DNA of 64,000 nucleotides, from contig DASRKB010000033.1 of the NCBI GenBank assembly GCA_035649175.1, positions 17,605-81,604 of the forward strand. Direction: 5' to 3'. The stretch is from Burkholderiales bacterium (GTDB lineage: Bacteria > Pseudomonadota > Gammaproteobacteria > Burkholderiales > SG8-39). Position 1 is the first letter of the stretch; each line of letters opens with the position of its first letter. The notes under the pieces were generated by a model. That model made no database searches. It saw only the letters and a list, made by a program, of their open reading frames with translations, and was not told the origin of the DNA. The translations under genes and the position numbers were made by a program. Shown one piece after another: positions 1-8,889 of the stretch.

Positions 1-383
1 CGACCCTCGAGGAGCAGCTCGGTGTAGCCGTGGTACACGAAGAGGTCCGTTCCCATCGTCTCCGCGAGGCGCGGGGAAGTGAGATGGTTCTTCACGTCCG
101 CGAAGCCCACGCGCGCCGGGATGCCGGTCGCGCGCGCCACGGCCGCAAGCAGCGACGCCTTGCCGACGCAGAAGCCCTGGTTTGCATCGAGGACAGCCGA
201 CGCCTGGAAGACCTGCGGGTCGGAGAAGTCGAGGAACGGGTTGTACGGGATGCCGTCGCGCACCGCGTAGTACAGGGCGACGGCGCGCTCGCGATCGTCC
301 TTCCCGGCGGAATGCTTCCGCGAGAACGCAACGACGGCGGGATGGTCGCTGTCGACGTAGCGCCCGGGCGCCAGGTATTCCAT
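1..383 (-). CDS. transglutaminase-like family protein (N-terminal 127 codons; gene continues beyond the left window edge)
   Basis: Not in the ORF track because it runs off the edge. My own minus-strand translation from ATG 383..381 reads [50 protein letters not shown]...NQGFCVGKASLLAAVARATGIPARVGFADV...LFVYHGYTELLLEG. The GFCxGKA...GIPAR...YHGYTE pattern is the Cys/His core of transglutaminase-like cysteine-protease-fold proteins. The ATG shares one base with the TGA of the upstream hydrolase gene (TGATG). Confidence 0.7.
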   Translation of the reverse strand, partial: MEYLAPGRYVDSDHPAVVAFSRKHSAGKDDRERAVALYYAVRDGIPYNPFLDFSDPQVFQASAVLDANQGFCVGKASLLAAVARATGIPARVGFADVKNHLTSPRLAETMGTDLFVYHGYTELLLEG

Positions 384-1237
384 CACTTGTCTAACTTCAT
401 GAGGCGCAGCGCGCCCTGGAAGAGCGCGCTCTTCTGCTCCGCCAGCCCGTCGAGCACCGAGAAGTGGTTGCGGCCCGGCATGGGGATGTTCCCGGCGAAC
501 GCCGCGCGCCAGCGCTCGCCGAGCAGCGCATTCTGACGGTGGAACTCGCTCGACTCGTCGCCTCCGACGCACGTCATCACCGGCGCGCGTGTAGCCGGCG
601 GCATGAATGCCGGGGAGAGCTTGAGGGCGAGGCCATCGTCGAGGCGCAGGTCCGGCTGCAGGAAATCGACGTGCTGCAGCGGCCGCAGGTCATAGAGGCC
701 GCTCAGTGCGAGGCCACCCTTCCACAGGTCCTTCGGCAGCCGCCGGTCGAAGATCGGCCACAGCGCGCACATCAGCATGGCGGCGAGGTGACCGCCGGCG
801 GAATGGCCGGACACGTACAAGCGGTCCTGGTCCATCCCGTATTCCTCGGCGTGCAGCCAGAGCCAGCGGCTGGCGCGCAGCATCTGCCGCACGATCTCGT
901 CCATCGTGACCGTCGGGCAGAGGTCGTAGTTCACCACGGCAAGGGAGACCCCGGCGTCGACCCACGCGGGCGCAAGGAACGAGCAGTCCTTCTTGTCGAG
1001 AGCGCGCCAGTAGCCGCCATGGACGAACATCATGCACGTCCCGTCGCCCTTGCGCGCCGGGAAGATGTCGATCGTCTCTCCCGGCATGTCGCCGTAGCGC
1101 CGGTCGAGGTAGCAGGTCATGGTGTTGCGTGCGCGGAGCGACGCCTCGCTCCACCGCGCGAAGTACTGGGGATGGTCGGGAACCAGCTCGCGGTTGTTGT
1201 ATTCCCGGCTGAGGAAGGCGCTGTCCGGCGCGTTCAT
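383..1237 (-). CDS. alpha/beta hydrolase, esterase/lipase or arylformamidase type (284 aa)
   Basis: This is the last 284 aa of track ORF 383..2944(-), starting [15 protein letters not shown]. It has an HGGYW oxyanion motif and a GHSAGGH nucleophile elbow. ATG 1237..1235 overlaps the TGA of the upstream gene (ATGA). The preceding ~570 aa of the track ORF are Arg/Pro-rich read-through in a wrong frame of other genes. Confidence 0.85.
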   Translation of the reverse strand: MNAPDSAFLSREYNNRELVPDHPQYFARWSEASLRARNTMTCYLDRRYGDMPGETIDIFPARKGDGTCMMFVHGGYWRALDKKDCSFLAPAWVDAGVSLAVVNYDLCPTVTMDEIVRQMLRASRWLWLHAEEYGMDQDRLYVSGHSAGGHLAAMLMCALWPIFDRRLPKDLWKGGLALSGLYDLRPLQHVDFLQPDLRLDDGLALKLSPAFMPPATRAPVMTCVGGDESSEFHRQNALLGERWRAAFAGNIPMPGRNHFSVLDGLAEQKSALFQGALRLMKLDK

Positions 1238-2280
1238 CCCCGATGCTCCCGCCACAGGCCGAGCGCTTCCTGCACCGGACGGTCCGAGAAGGAGAAGAGG
1301 ACGGTCTCGGCGTCCGCGCGAAGCTCCAGCGGCGCCCATGACGGCACGACGAAGGTGTCGCGCGGCTCGAACTCGTACGTTTGAGCGCCGATGCGCGCGG
1401 ATCCCTTGCCTTCGACCACCGAGTAGACCGTCGCGTCGGTCGAGCGGTAGGCGCGGGTGGCGAAGCCATTGGGTAGCAGCTGGATGAAGGCGCCGATGGT
1501 CGGCATGGCAGGGCCGCCGGTGAGCGGATTGGTGAACTGCATCTTCCAGCCGTGCCAGGCGTCCGTCGCCTGGTCGCGCGCGAGACCCACGAGGGACTCG
1601 CGGCTTCGGGCATAGGGATAGTTGAAGATCGGGGAGGTCTTGCCGAAGGGCGCCGCGGCGCCGAGGGGCATCAGGTTGTTGCCGAAGCGCGCGGTGGACG
1701 CGCCTTCGCTGCGCGATACCGGCTGCACTTCCTCGGGGAAGGGCTCGTGGAACTGGGCGCCGAACGTCTGGACGATGCGAATGTCGAGGCCGTCCATCCA
1801 CACCACCGGCTCCGAGCCCGGGTTGCCGTGGTCGTGCCAGGTCCAGGAGGGCGTGATGATGAAGTCGCCCGGATGCATGACGGTGCGCTCGCCGTCGACC
1901 GCGGTGTAGGCGCCGGTGCCCTCGACGATGAAGCGCAGCGCCGACTGCGAGTGCCGGTGGCTGGGCGCGATCTCGCCGGGCAGGATGAGCTGCAGGCCGG
2001 CGTACAGACTCTGGGTGATGCACGACTCGCCACGCATGCCCGGGTTCTCGAGGATCAGGACCCGTCGCACCGCCTCGCGGGCAGTGATGAGCTCGCCCGC
2101 CTCCATCAGGTAGGGCCGCGCCTCGCTGTACTTCCAGAGGGCGGGCTTGCAGGGGGTCGCGGGCTCGTTCGGGATCAGGTTGTGCAGGACCTCCCACAGG
2201 GGGGCAAGGTCGTGCTTGTCCATGCGCCGATAGAGATCCTGGCGCGCCGCGCGGTTCTTGGGCTGGGGAACACTGGCCAT
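1234..2280 (-). CDS. gentisate 1,2-dioxygenase-family bicupin (348 aa)
   Basis: Track ORF 1234..2280(-). It begins ...[17 protein letters not shown]... and carries the cupin metal site [20 protein letters not shown]...[19 protein letters not shown]. Length and two-cupin layout fit gentisate 1,2-dioxygenases. An AGGGA Shine-Dalgarno lies upstream in the 27-nt gap after iorB. Confidence 0.85.
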   Translation of the reverse strand: MASVPQPKNRAARQDLYRRMDKHDLAPLWEVLHNLIPNEPATPCKPALWKYSEARPYLMEAGELITAREAVRRVLILENPGMRGESCITQSLYAGLQLILPGEIAPSHRHSQSALRFIVEGTGAYTAVDGERTVMHPGDFIITPSWTWHDHGNPGSEPVVWMDGLDIRIVQTFGAQFHEPFPEEVQPVSRSEGASTARFGNNLMPLGAAAPFGKTSPIFNYPYARSRESLVGLARDQATDAWHGWKMQFTNPLTGGPAMPTIGAFIQLLPNGFATRAYRSTDATVYSVVEGKGSARIGAQTYEFEPRDTFVVPSWAPLELRADAETVLFSFSDRPVQEALGLWREHRG

Positions 2281-2307
2281 GACATTTTTCCCTGCGAAAA
2301 GGCGATT

Positions 2308-3768
2308 CTACGTGCGGCCGACTGGCTTGAGCCACATGACCGGCTTTCCCAGGGTCGAGCCGAGCGCCTTGCCCTCGGGGTCGGCGAGCGCCGCCTCGCG
2401 CGCCTTGCGGATCGCGGCGGCCTGCTGCCGCACTTCGGAGGTAGGCGGGTTCTCGACCAGGGCGTCGACGATGGCGAGGAAGTTCGCCTTGCCTCGGCGG
2501 TGGGTCTCGCCGTAGCCCTTGATCAGGTTGGCGCAGGCTGCGACCTCGAGCGCGAGCGCGGCGTCGCGCTTCGCGGCTTCGGCGACGAGCGCGAGCCAGC
2601 GCTCGATGAGCGCCTGCTCCTCGCGGTAGCGGTGGCTGTAGGGACGCAGCGGGCGCAGCCAGGCGAGCGAGCGCACGAGGAGGAACCCGGGGAGGCCGGA
2701 GGTGCGGATGTGCATGCCCACGTTGTAGGCGTCGAGCTTGCCGCGGCGCTCCGCCCAGTCCATGAGGCGCCTGCCGAGGAAGGCGGGCAGGATCGAGGCG
2801 AACTCCTCGACGCCGGGCTTGAGGTAGTCGATCACCACCACCGGCTCGCCTTCCTTGGCGCCAACCTCGCTGCGTACTCGCTGGAAGCGGGTGCTTCTGG
2901 TCTTGAGGTCGGCGACGCGGATGATGTCCTCGAAGCTCATCCACACCGCGAGGAGGCGGGCGACCTCCGCCGCCAGTTTCCGATCCCCGGGCAGGAAGGG
3001 CCGCACCCGTTCCTCATATAGGGCGGCATAGCGCTCGCCCTGGTAGTCGATGAGGCGCTCGCGCCCGAGCCGGACGATCTCGTCGAGCTCGGTCGCGCGC
3101 CTGGGCGCCGCCGCCTCAGCGGGCGGCTTGCGCTGGCCTGCGGCGATCTCGTAGCCAGCGGCGAAGCCGCGCAGGCTCGCTTCCGCGCCCCGGCCACCGC
3201 GGCGGATCGCCTGCTCGCATGCCTCCCGCGCGAGCGGCAGCACGCCGCTGCCCGCCATCGCGCCGTAGAGCACCGCGTTGATCACCGTGCCGCTTTCTTG
3301 CGCGAGCTCGCGCATGTCGAACATCACCGCGTGCTTCGCGAGCTGCGCGGCTGCCTCGACCACGCGCGAGGACTCGAAGCGGCCGTCGGCCATCTGCATC
3401 TTCTCCACCGTGGCGTAGATGCGGTGCGTCGAGGCGATGAGCGTGGTGCGCTCGGGGCTCACGAAGCCGTTCTGCATGGCGCGGCCGGCCTCGACGAGCT
3501 CGGAGGCCACCATGATGTCGACATTGCCCGGGCTGGGTGTGAGCGAGAGGACGGGCTCTTTTCCCCCGAGTTCCCCCCTTGAGGCCGGAAAGATCTCCAG
3601 ATAGTACGTGGTGGCGCCGGTGCGCTGCGCAACGCCGGGAATGGAGGTCGCCTGCGCGGGAAGCCCGGTTGCGGTGGCCGCTTCCATCAGCCAGTCGGCC
3701 ATGACGCCGCCGCCTTCGCCGCCCAGGGCGGCGATGAGGATGGTGATGGGACGCTCGGGAAGGCTCAT
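2308..3768 (-). CDS. iorB: indolepyruvate/2-oxoacid:ferredoxin oxidoreductase, beta subunit (486 aa)
   Basis: This is the last 486 aa of track ORF 2308..4830(-), starting MSLPERPITILIAALGGEGGGVMADWLMEA (IorB-type GGxGxG N-terminus). ATG 3768..3766 overlaps the TGA of iorA-2 (ATGA). Confidence 0.85.
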   Translation of the reverse strand: MSLPERPITILIAALGGEGGGVMADWLMEAATATGLPAQATSIPGVAQRTGATTYYLEIFPASRGELGGKEPVLSLTPSPGNVDIMVASELVEAGRAMQNGFVSPERTTLIASTHRIYATVEKMQMADGRFESSRVVEAAAQLAKHAVMFDMRELAQESGTVINAVLYGAMAGSGVLPLAREACEQAIRRGGRGAEASLRGFAAGYEIAAGQRKPPAEAAAPRRATELDEIVRLGRERLIDYQGERYAALYEERVRPFLPGDRKLAAEVARLLAVWMSFEDIIRVADLKTRSTRFQRVRSEVGAKEGEPVVVIDYLKPGVEEFASILPAFLGRRLMDWAERRGKLDAYNVGMHIRTSGLPGFLLVRSLAWLRPLRPYSHRYREEQALIERWLALVAEAAKRDAALALEVAACANLIKGYGETHRRGKANFLAIVDALVENPPTSEVRQQAAAIRKAREAALADPEGKALGSTLGKPVMWLKPVGRT

Positions 3769-5882
3769 AGGAATCGACTCAGGAGGCGGTCCCACGTGCT
3801 CGGGTTCTGGATCACCTCGGCGCGGTAGAACGAAGGGCAGAGGACGGCGGCATGCGCATTCTCGCCGCACAGGCCGCAGCCGACGCAGCCGTCGATGACG
3901 CTCGCCACCGGGTCGCGGCGCAGCGGGTCGGGATTGTCCTTCACGGTGAGCGTCGGGCAGCCCGACAGGCGGATGCAGGAGTGGTCGCCGGTGCAGGTGT
4001 CTTCGTCCACGCCGTACTTCACGCGCACCGTTCGCCTTCCCTCGGATAACTGCTTCGAGACGAAAGGCCGCAGGCGGCGCTGGCGCTCGAGCTGGCATTC
4101 GCCCTCGGCCACGATCACCTTGAGTCCCTTGTAGGCGGTGCTCATCGCCTCCTTGTAGACCTTGGCGACCTCGCCGACCTTGTAGTTGTTCACCGTGCGC
4201 AGCCACTTCACGCCCAGCCCGGTCAGCGTGTCCTCGATCGTGCGGTCGGCGTGCGCGGCGCTCTTGCCGACCGCCACCATGCGCGCGTCCTCCGGCGGCG
4301 AGGAGAGGAGCTCCTGCGTGCCGGTGGCGGACGCATAGCCGTTTTTCATGATCACCAGCACGCCGTCGCCCTTGTTCATCAGGTTGGAGGCGACGCCGGA
4401 GAGCAGCCCGTTGTGCCAGAAGCCGCCGTCGCCCATGATCGCGACCGGCCGGCGCGAGGACATCGGCGCGACTCCCGCCGCCGAGGCGAGGCTCATGCCG
4501 TAGCCGAGCAGCGTATTGCCCTGCGAGAACGGCTCGAACGAGCCGAAGCAGTGGCAGCCGACGTCCATCGACACGTGCGGCCGGCCGATGTCCTGCGCCA
4601 CCAGCTTCATCGCCGAGAACACCGGCCGCTCCGGACAGCCGGTGCAGAAGGTCGGCGGTCGCAACGGCAGCGCGCCGAGCAGCTCGCCCGCGCTCTGACG
4701 GGTCGCCGCGACGCTTTTCAACCATTCGTCTCCTGAAGAAAGGCTGAGGTGCGGCGCATGCTGCCCGAGGAACTTGGAGAGGCCGCGGACTAGCGCTTCG
4801 ACGTTGTAGTCGCCGGCCATATGCATGCAATCCTTGCCGTGCAGCTTGGCCTGCACGTCGGCGCGGCGCAGGAACGTGGCGATCTCCTGCTCGATGAACT
4901 CAGGCTGCCCTTCCTCGAGCACGAGGATGGCCTTCCTGGAGGCGCAGAAGGAGGTGATCTCTTCGGGCACGAGGGGATAGACGCAGTTCAACGTGAGGAT
5001 CGGAATGCGGCTCGCGCCGAAGGGATCGGCGAGTTCCAGGATGCCGAGCGCCCGCTGCAGGCCGTTGTAGAGCCCGCCCTGGACGATGATGCCCAAGGCT
5101 TTCTCGGCGCCGTCGAAGTGCTCGTTCAGCCTGTTCTCCAGGATGAACTTGCGCGCCGCGGGAAGGCGCACCTCGGACTTCAGCTTCTCCTGGCGGAAGG
5201 TGGCCGGAGGGTGCGCCAGTCGGTCGTAGATGAACTCCTTCGGCGGCCCATCGAGCTTCTCCCGGGTGGAAACCTTCGGCGCGACGTTGCGCTTCGCCGC
5301 GAAGCTGCCGCGGACGTGGCAGGCGCGAATGCGCAGCTCCATCATCACCGGCGTGCTCGAGGCCTCCGAGAGCTCGAATCCCTTCTCTACCATGCGCACG
5401 ATGGTCGGCAGGTTCGGGCGCGGGTCGAGGAGCCAGATGAGCGACTTCAGCGCGAAGGCGTGGCTGCGCTCCTGCGCCACCACGCCGCCCTCGCCATAGT
5501 CCTCGCCCAGCACGATGAGCGTGCCGCCCATGACGCCCGCACTCGCGAGGTAGGACAGCGCATCGGCCGCGACGTTGGTGCCGACGATCGATTTCCAGGT
5601 CACCGCGCCGCGCGCGGGGTAGTTGATCGACGCCCCGAGCATCGCTGCCGCGGAAGCCTCGCTCGTGCACGCCTCGACGTGCACGCCGAGGTCGTCCATG
5701 TAGTCGCGCGCCTGCACCATGACGTCGAGCAGGTGCGACACCGGCGCGCCCTGGTAGCCGCCGACGTAGGAGACGCCGGACTGCAGCAGCGCCTTGGTCA
5801 CGGCGAGAATGCCTTCGCCGTGGAAGGTCTCGCCGTCGCCCAGGCGGAGCGACTCTATTTCCCTATTGAATTGCCGTTCCAC
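3765..5882 (-). CDS. iorA: indolepyruvate/2-oxoacid:ferredoxin oxidoreductase, alpha subunit, downstream paralog (705 aa, GTG start)
   Basis: Track ORF 3765..6305(-). Aligned to the upstream paralog (MERSFKEEVAKLTLGEGEVFHGEAILAVTKALLQSG), this copy reads VERQFNREIESLRLGDGETFHGEGILAVTKALLQSG. I therefore take GTG 5882..5880 as the start; it lies 28 nt inside the end of iorA-1. TPP-domain motifs (GDGGFWHNG) and C-terminal Cys motifs (CTGDHSCIRLSGCP, CVGCGLCGENAHAAVLCP) are present. Confidence 0.8.
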   Translation of the reverse strand: MERQFNREIESLRLGDGETFHGEGILAVTKALLQSGVSYVGGYQGAPVSHLLDVMVQARDYMDDLGVHVEACTSEASAAAMLGASINYPARGAVTWKSIVGTNVAADALSYLASAGVMGGTLIVLGEDYGEGGVVAQERSHAFALKSLIWLLDPRPNLPTIVRMVEKGFELSEASSTPVMMELRIRACHVRGSFAAKRNVAPKVSTREKLDGPPKEFIYDRLAHPPATFRQEKLKSEVRLPAARKFILENRLNEHFDGAEKALGIIVQGGLYNGLQRALGILELADPFGASRIPILTLNCVYPLVPEEITSFCASRKAILVLEEGQPEFIEQEIATFLRRADVQAKLHGKDCMHMAGDYNVEALVRGLSKFLGQHAPHLSLSSGDEWLKSVAATRQSAGELLGALPLRPPTFCTGCPERPVFSAMKLVAQDIGRPHVSMDVGCHCFGSFEPFSQGNTLLGYGMSLASAAGVAPMSSRRPVAIMGDGGFWHNGLLSGVASNLMNKGDGVLVIMKNGYASATGTQELLSSPPEDARMVAVGKSAAHADRTIEDTLTGLGVKWLRTVNNYKVGEVAKVYKEAMSTAYKGLKVIVAEGECQLERQRRLRPFVSKQLSEGRRTVRVKYGVDEDTCTGDHSCIRLSGCPTLTVKDNPDPLRRDPVASVIDGCVGCGLCGENAHAAVLCPSFYRAEVIQNPSTWDRLLSRFL

Positions 5883-7921
5883 AGCTTGTCCCACCAAGTC
5901 GGGTTCTGGATCACTTCGGCGCGGTAGAAGGAGGGGCAGAGCACGGCGGCGTGCGCGTTCTCGCCGCAGAGGCCGCAGCCGACGCAGCCCTCGATCACGG
6001 TCGCCACCGGGTCGCGCCGCAGCGGGTCCGGGTTGTCCTTGATGGTGAGTGTCGGGCAGCCGGAGAGCCGGATGCAGGAGTGGTCGCCGGTGCAGGTGTC
6101 CTCGTCCACCCCGTACTTCACCCGCACCACCCGTTCCCCGGAAGACAATTTCTTGGAAACAACCGGCTTGAGCTTGCGCTGGCGCTCGAGCTGGCACTCG
6201 CCTTCCGCGATGATGACCTTGAGGCCCTTCTCCTTCGCCGTCATGGCCTCCTTCAGCGTCTTCGCGACTTCGCCGACGTGATAGTTGTGGACGGTCTTCA
6301 TCCACGGCACGCCGATGCCCTCGAGCGCGCGCTCCATGCTGATGTCTTCCTTTACCTCGCTATGCTGGGGCGAGGAGGGCAGCTCCTGCGTGCCGGTGGC
6401 GGAGCTGTAGCCGTTCTTCATGATCACCAGGATGCCGTCGTTCTTGTTGAACACCGTGTTGGCGATACCGGTGGTGAGGCCGTTGTGCCAGAAGCCGCCG
6501 TCGCCCATGATCGTCACGGAGCGCCTCGCCATCGCCGGGTGCACCGCCGAGTTCGAGGCGAGGCCCAGGCCGTAGCCGAGCACCGTGTTGCCAATGTTGA
6601 ACGGCGGCAGCGTGGAGAAGAGATGGCAGCCGATGTCCGCGGAGACGTGGAACCTGCCGCTCTCTTTCTCGAGGATCTTCATCGCGGAGAAGACAGGACG
6701 CTCGGGACAGCCCACGCAGAAGCCGGGCGGGCGCTGGGGTAGCCCTGACAGAAGCCCTGCGGCTTTCTTCTTCAAGGATGAAATGTGGGAAACGGCATCC
6801 TCGCGTCCGAGGTACTTCGCGATGCCCGTGAGCACCACCTCGCCGGTGTACTCGCCGGCGAGCGGCAGCACGTCCTTGCCGCGCACCTGCACGTCGTCGA
6901 CGCGCGCGCGCCGCAGCGTCGCGAGGACCGCATCCTCGATATACGCCGGCTGGCCTTCCTCCACGATCAGAATGCTTTTCTTCCCCTTCGAGAATTCCAC
7001 GATCTCGTCGGGGATGAGGGGGTAGGCGACGTTCAGGCAGTAGATCGGCACGCGCGAAGCGCCGAACGCGTCCGCGAGGCCGAGCGTTTGCAATGCCCGG
7101 ATGACCGCGTTGTACATCCCGCCCTGGCAGAGGATACCGAGCTCCGCCATGTGCCCGGCGAACACCTCGTTGAGCTTCCTTTCCTTGATGAAGCGCACGG
7201 CGGCGGGCCAGCGCACCTCGACCTTCTGCTTTTCCTGGAGGTAAGTCGCGGGCGGCAGGCAGATGCGGTTGTAGTCGAAGTCCGGATTCTCCAGCGGGGT
7301 ATTCTTGGAATAAGGACTTCTTCTGTTTTCCTTGGTGCGGAAGCTGCCCTGCACGTGGCAGGCACGGATGCGCAGCTCGAGCATCACCGGAGTACTCGAG
7401 GCCTCGGACAGCTCGAAGCCCTGCTCGACCATCTCGACGATCTTGGGCAGGTTGGGCCGCGGGTCGAGGAGCCACATCTGGGACTTCATGGCGAAGGCGT
7501 GCGTGCGCTCCTGGATGATCGAGGCGCCCTCGCCGTAGTCCTCGCCCAGCACGAGCACGGTGCCGCCCTTCACGCCTGCGGAGGCCAGGTTGGAGAGCGC
7601 ATCTGAGGCGACGTTCGTGCCGACGGTGGACTTGAACGCCACGGCGCCGCGCATCGGGTAGTTGATCGAGGCGCCGAGCATCGCCGCCGCGCCGGCCTCG
7701 TTGGCGTTGGTCTCGACGTGCACGCCGAGCTCGTCGAGGATCTCGCGCGCGTCGTTCAGCACGTCCATCACGTGCGATACCGGCGCGCCCTGGTAGCCGC
7801 CGACGTAGGCGACCCCGGACTGCAGCAGGGCCTTGGTGACGGCGAGGATCGCCTCGCCGTGAAAGACCTCGCCCTCGCCGAGCGTGAGCTTGGCGACCTC
7901 CTCCTTGAAGGAACGCTCCAT
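5855..7921 (-). CDS. iorA: indolepyruvate/2-oxoacid:ferredoxin oxidoreductase, alpha subunit, upstream paralog (688 aa)
   Basis: Track ORF 5855..8179(-), trimmed to ATG 7921..7919 (MERSFKEEVAKL...). The region upstream of that is Arg/Ser-rich and would run into the divergent lysR gene. Same domain motifs as the paralog. Confidence 0.85.
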   Translation of the reverse strand: MERSFKEEVAKLTLGEGEVFHGEAILAVTKALLQSGVAYVGGYQGAPVSHVMDVLNDAREILDELGVHVETNANEAGAAAMLGASINYPMRGAVAFKSTVGTNVASDALSNLASAGVKGGTVLVLGEDYGEGASIIQERTHAFAMKSQMWLLDPRPNLPKIVEMVEQGFELSEASSTPVMLELRIRACHVQGSFRTKENRRSPYSKNTPLENPDFDYNRICLPPATYLQEKQKVEVRWPAAVRFIKERKLNEVFAGHMAELGILCQGGMYNAVIRALQTLGLADAFGASRVPIYCLNVAYPLIPDEIVEFSKGKKSILIVEEGQPAYIEDAVLATLRRARVDDVQVRGKDVLPLAGEYTGEVVLTGIAKYLGREDAVSHISSLKKKAAGLLSGLPQRPPGFCVGCPERPVFSAMKILEKESGRFHVSADIGCHLFSTLPPFNIGNTVLGYGLGLASNSAVHPAMARRSVTIMGDGGFWHNGLTTGIANTVFNKNDGILVIMKNGYSSATGTQELPSSPQHSEVKEDISMERALEGIGVPWMKTVHNYHVGEVAKTLKEAMTAKEKGLKVIIAEGECQLERQRKLKPVVSKKLSSGERVVRVKYGVDEDTCTGDHSCIRLSGCPTLTIKDNPDPLRRDPVATVIEGCVGCGLCGENAHAAVLCPSFYRAEVIQNPTWWDKLWNGNSIGK

Positions 7922-7951
7922 GAACCGTGCATCGTCTGCCCTCGGGCGACC

Positions 7952-7975
7952 ATTTGTCAAATAGATGACGGTCAT
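7952..7975. promoter_or_regulatory. candidate operator sites in the 70-bp iorA/lysR divergent intergenic region
   Basis: Two adjacent 5-1-5 palindromes, ATTTGtCAAAT (7952..7962) and ATGACgGTCAT (7965..7975), lie in the only AT-richer stretch between the divergent starts (7921 and 7992). No binding data. Confidence 0.3.
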
Positions 7976-7991
7976 GCTACGAATCACGGAT

Positions 7992-8885
7992 ATGAATGTC
8001 CGTGACCTCGACCTCAACCTGCTGCGGGCCTTCGACGCCGTCCTGCGGGGCCGCAGCGTCACGGCGGCGGCCGCGCAGCTGGGGCTTTCGCAGCCGGCGG
8101 TCTCCAACGCGCTCGCCCGCCTGCGCGCTGCGTTCGGCGATGCGCTCTTCCTGCGCGGGTCCCAGGGCATGGAGCCCACGCCCTTCGCCCGCGAGCTCGC
8201 CGAGCCGGTGCGCCAGGCGCTCGCGCTCCTAGAATCGGCGCTCGCGCACGGCCCGGGGTTCGACCCGGCGAGCTCGAGCCGCGCCTTCCGCTTTTACATG
8301 TCGGACCTCGGCCAGGTCGAGTTCCTGCCCCCGCTGGTGGAGCGCGTGCGCCGGGTCGCGCCGCACCTGCGGCTCGAGGCGGTCGGCATCGAGCCGGGCG
8401 CCATCGCCGATGCGCTCGCCGCCGGCAGCCTGGACCTCGCCATGGGCTTCCTTCTTGGGCTCGGACCCCCGGTGCAGCGCCGAGCGCTGTTCCGGGACCC
8501 GTACGTCTGCCTGCTACGCAGCGACCACCCCATCCGCACGCTGACCCGCAAGACGTTCCTGGAGGCATCCCACGCCCTGGTGTCGTATCGCGGCGGGCAC
8601 CGCGTCGTGGAAGAGGCGCTTGAACGCGCCGGGCTCGCGCGACGCATCGTGCTGCGCGTGCCGCACTTCACCGTGGTGCCGATGGTGCTCGAGCGCACCG
8701 ATCTCATCCTCACGCTGCCCGCGCGCGTGGCGCGCGTCTACGAGCGCCGCGGCGCTTTTCGCTCGCTTCCGCCGCCGCTGCCCATCCCGCCCGCCGAGGT
8801 GGCCGTGCACTGGCACGAGCGCTTCGACGCGGACCCCGGCAACCGCTGGCTGCGCGAGCAGCTGATCGAGCTGTTCGCCCCGTGA
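7992..8885 (+). CDS. LysR-family transcriptional regulator (297 aa)
   Basis: Track ORF 7965..8885(+). The N-terminus MNVRDLDLNLLRAFDAVLRGRSVTAAAAQLGLSQPAVSNALARLR is a LysR-type HTH. I prefer ATG 7992, which gives the usual short lead before DLNLLR. ATG 7965 is an in-frame alternative. Confidence 0.85.
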   Translation: MNVRDLDLNLLRAFDAVLRGRSVTAAAAQLGLSQPAVSNALARLRAAFGDALFLRGSQGMEPTPFARELAEPVRQALALLESALAHGPGFDPASSSRAFRFYMSDLGQVEFLPPLVERVRRVAPHLRLEAVGIEPGAIADALAAGSLDLAMGFLLGLGPPVQRRALFRDPYVCLLRSDHPIRTLTRKTFLEASHALVSYRGGHRVVEEALERAGLARRIVLRVPHFTVVPMVLERTDLILTLPARVARVYERRGAFRSLPPPLPIPPAEVAVHWHERFDADPGNRWLREQLIELFAP

Positions 8886-8889
8886 AAGC

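Larger units (their letters stand above)
3765..7921 (-). repeat. tandem duplication of a ~2.1-kb iorA gene
   Basis: The two adjacent alpha-subunit genes are collinear over their full length at protein level. At DNA level, 3801..4028 and 5900..6127 align without gaps, with roughly 24 mismatches in ~228 nt by eye. The rest is clearly more diverged. Confidence 0.75.

Noticed and set aside
383-2944. An 853-aa ORF (and similar giants: 2308..4830, 3765..6305, 13194..15872, 18081..19847) that would suggest huge multidomain proteins.
   Set aside because: Only the C-terminal part of each matches a recognisable family. The N-terminal parts are Arg/Pro/Ala/Gly-rich strings lying in a wrong frame over other well-supported genes. 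An internal start with an ATGA/GTGA coupling reproduces the normal family length in each case. This is a typical high-GC open-frame artefact.
7965-7991. ATG 7965 as the lysR start, as in the ORF track.
   Set aside because: It is kept only as an alternative. It adds MTVMLRITD before the family-typical MNVRDLDLNLLRAF, has no Shine-Dalgarno and lies inside a palindrome that looks regulatory. ATG 7992 is preferred but unproven.
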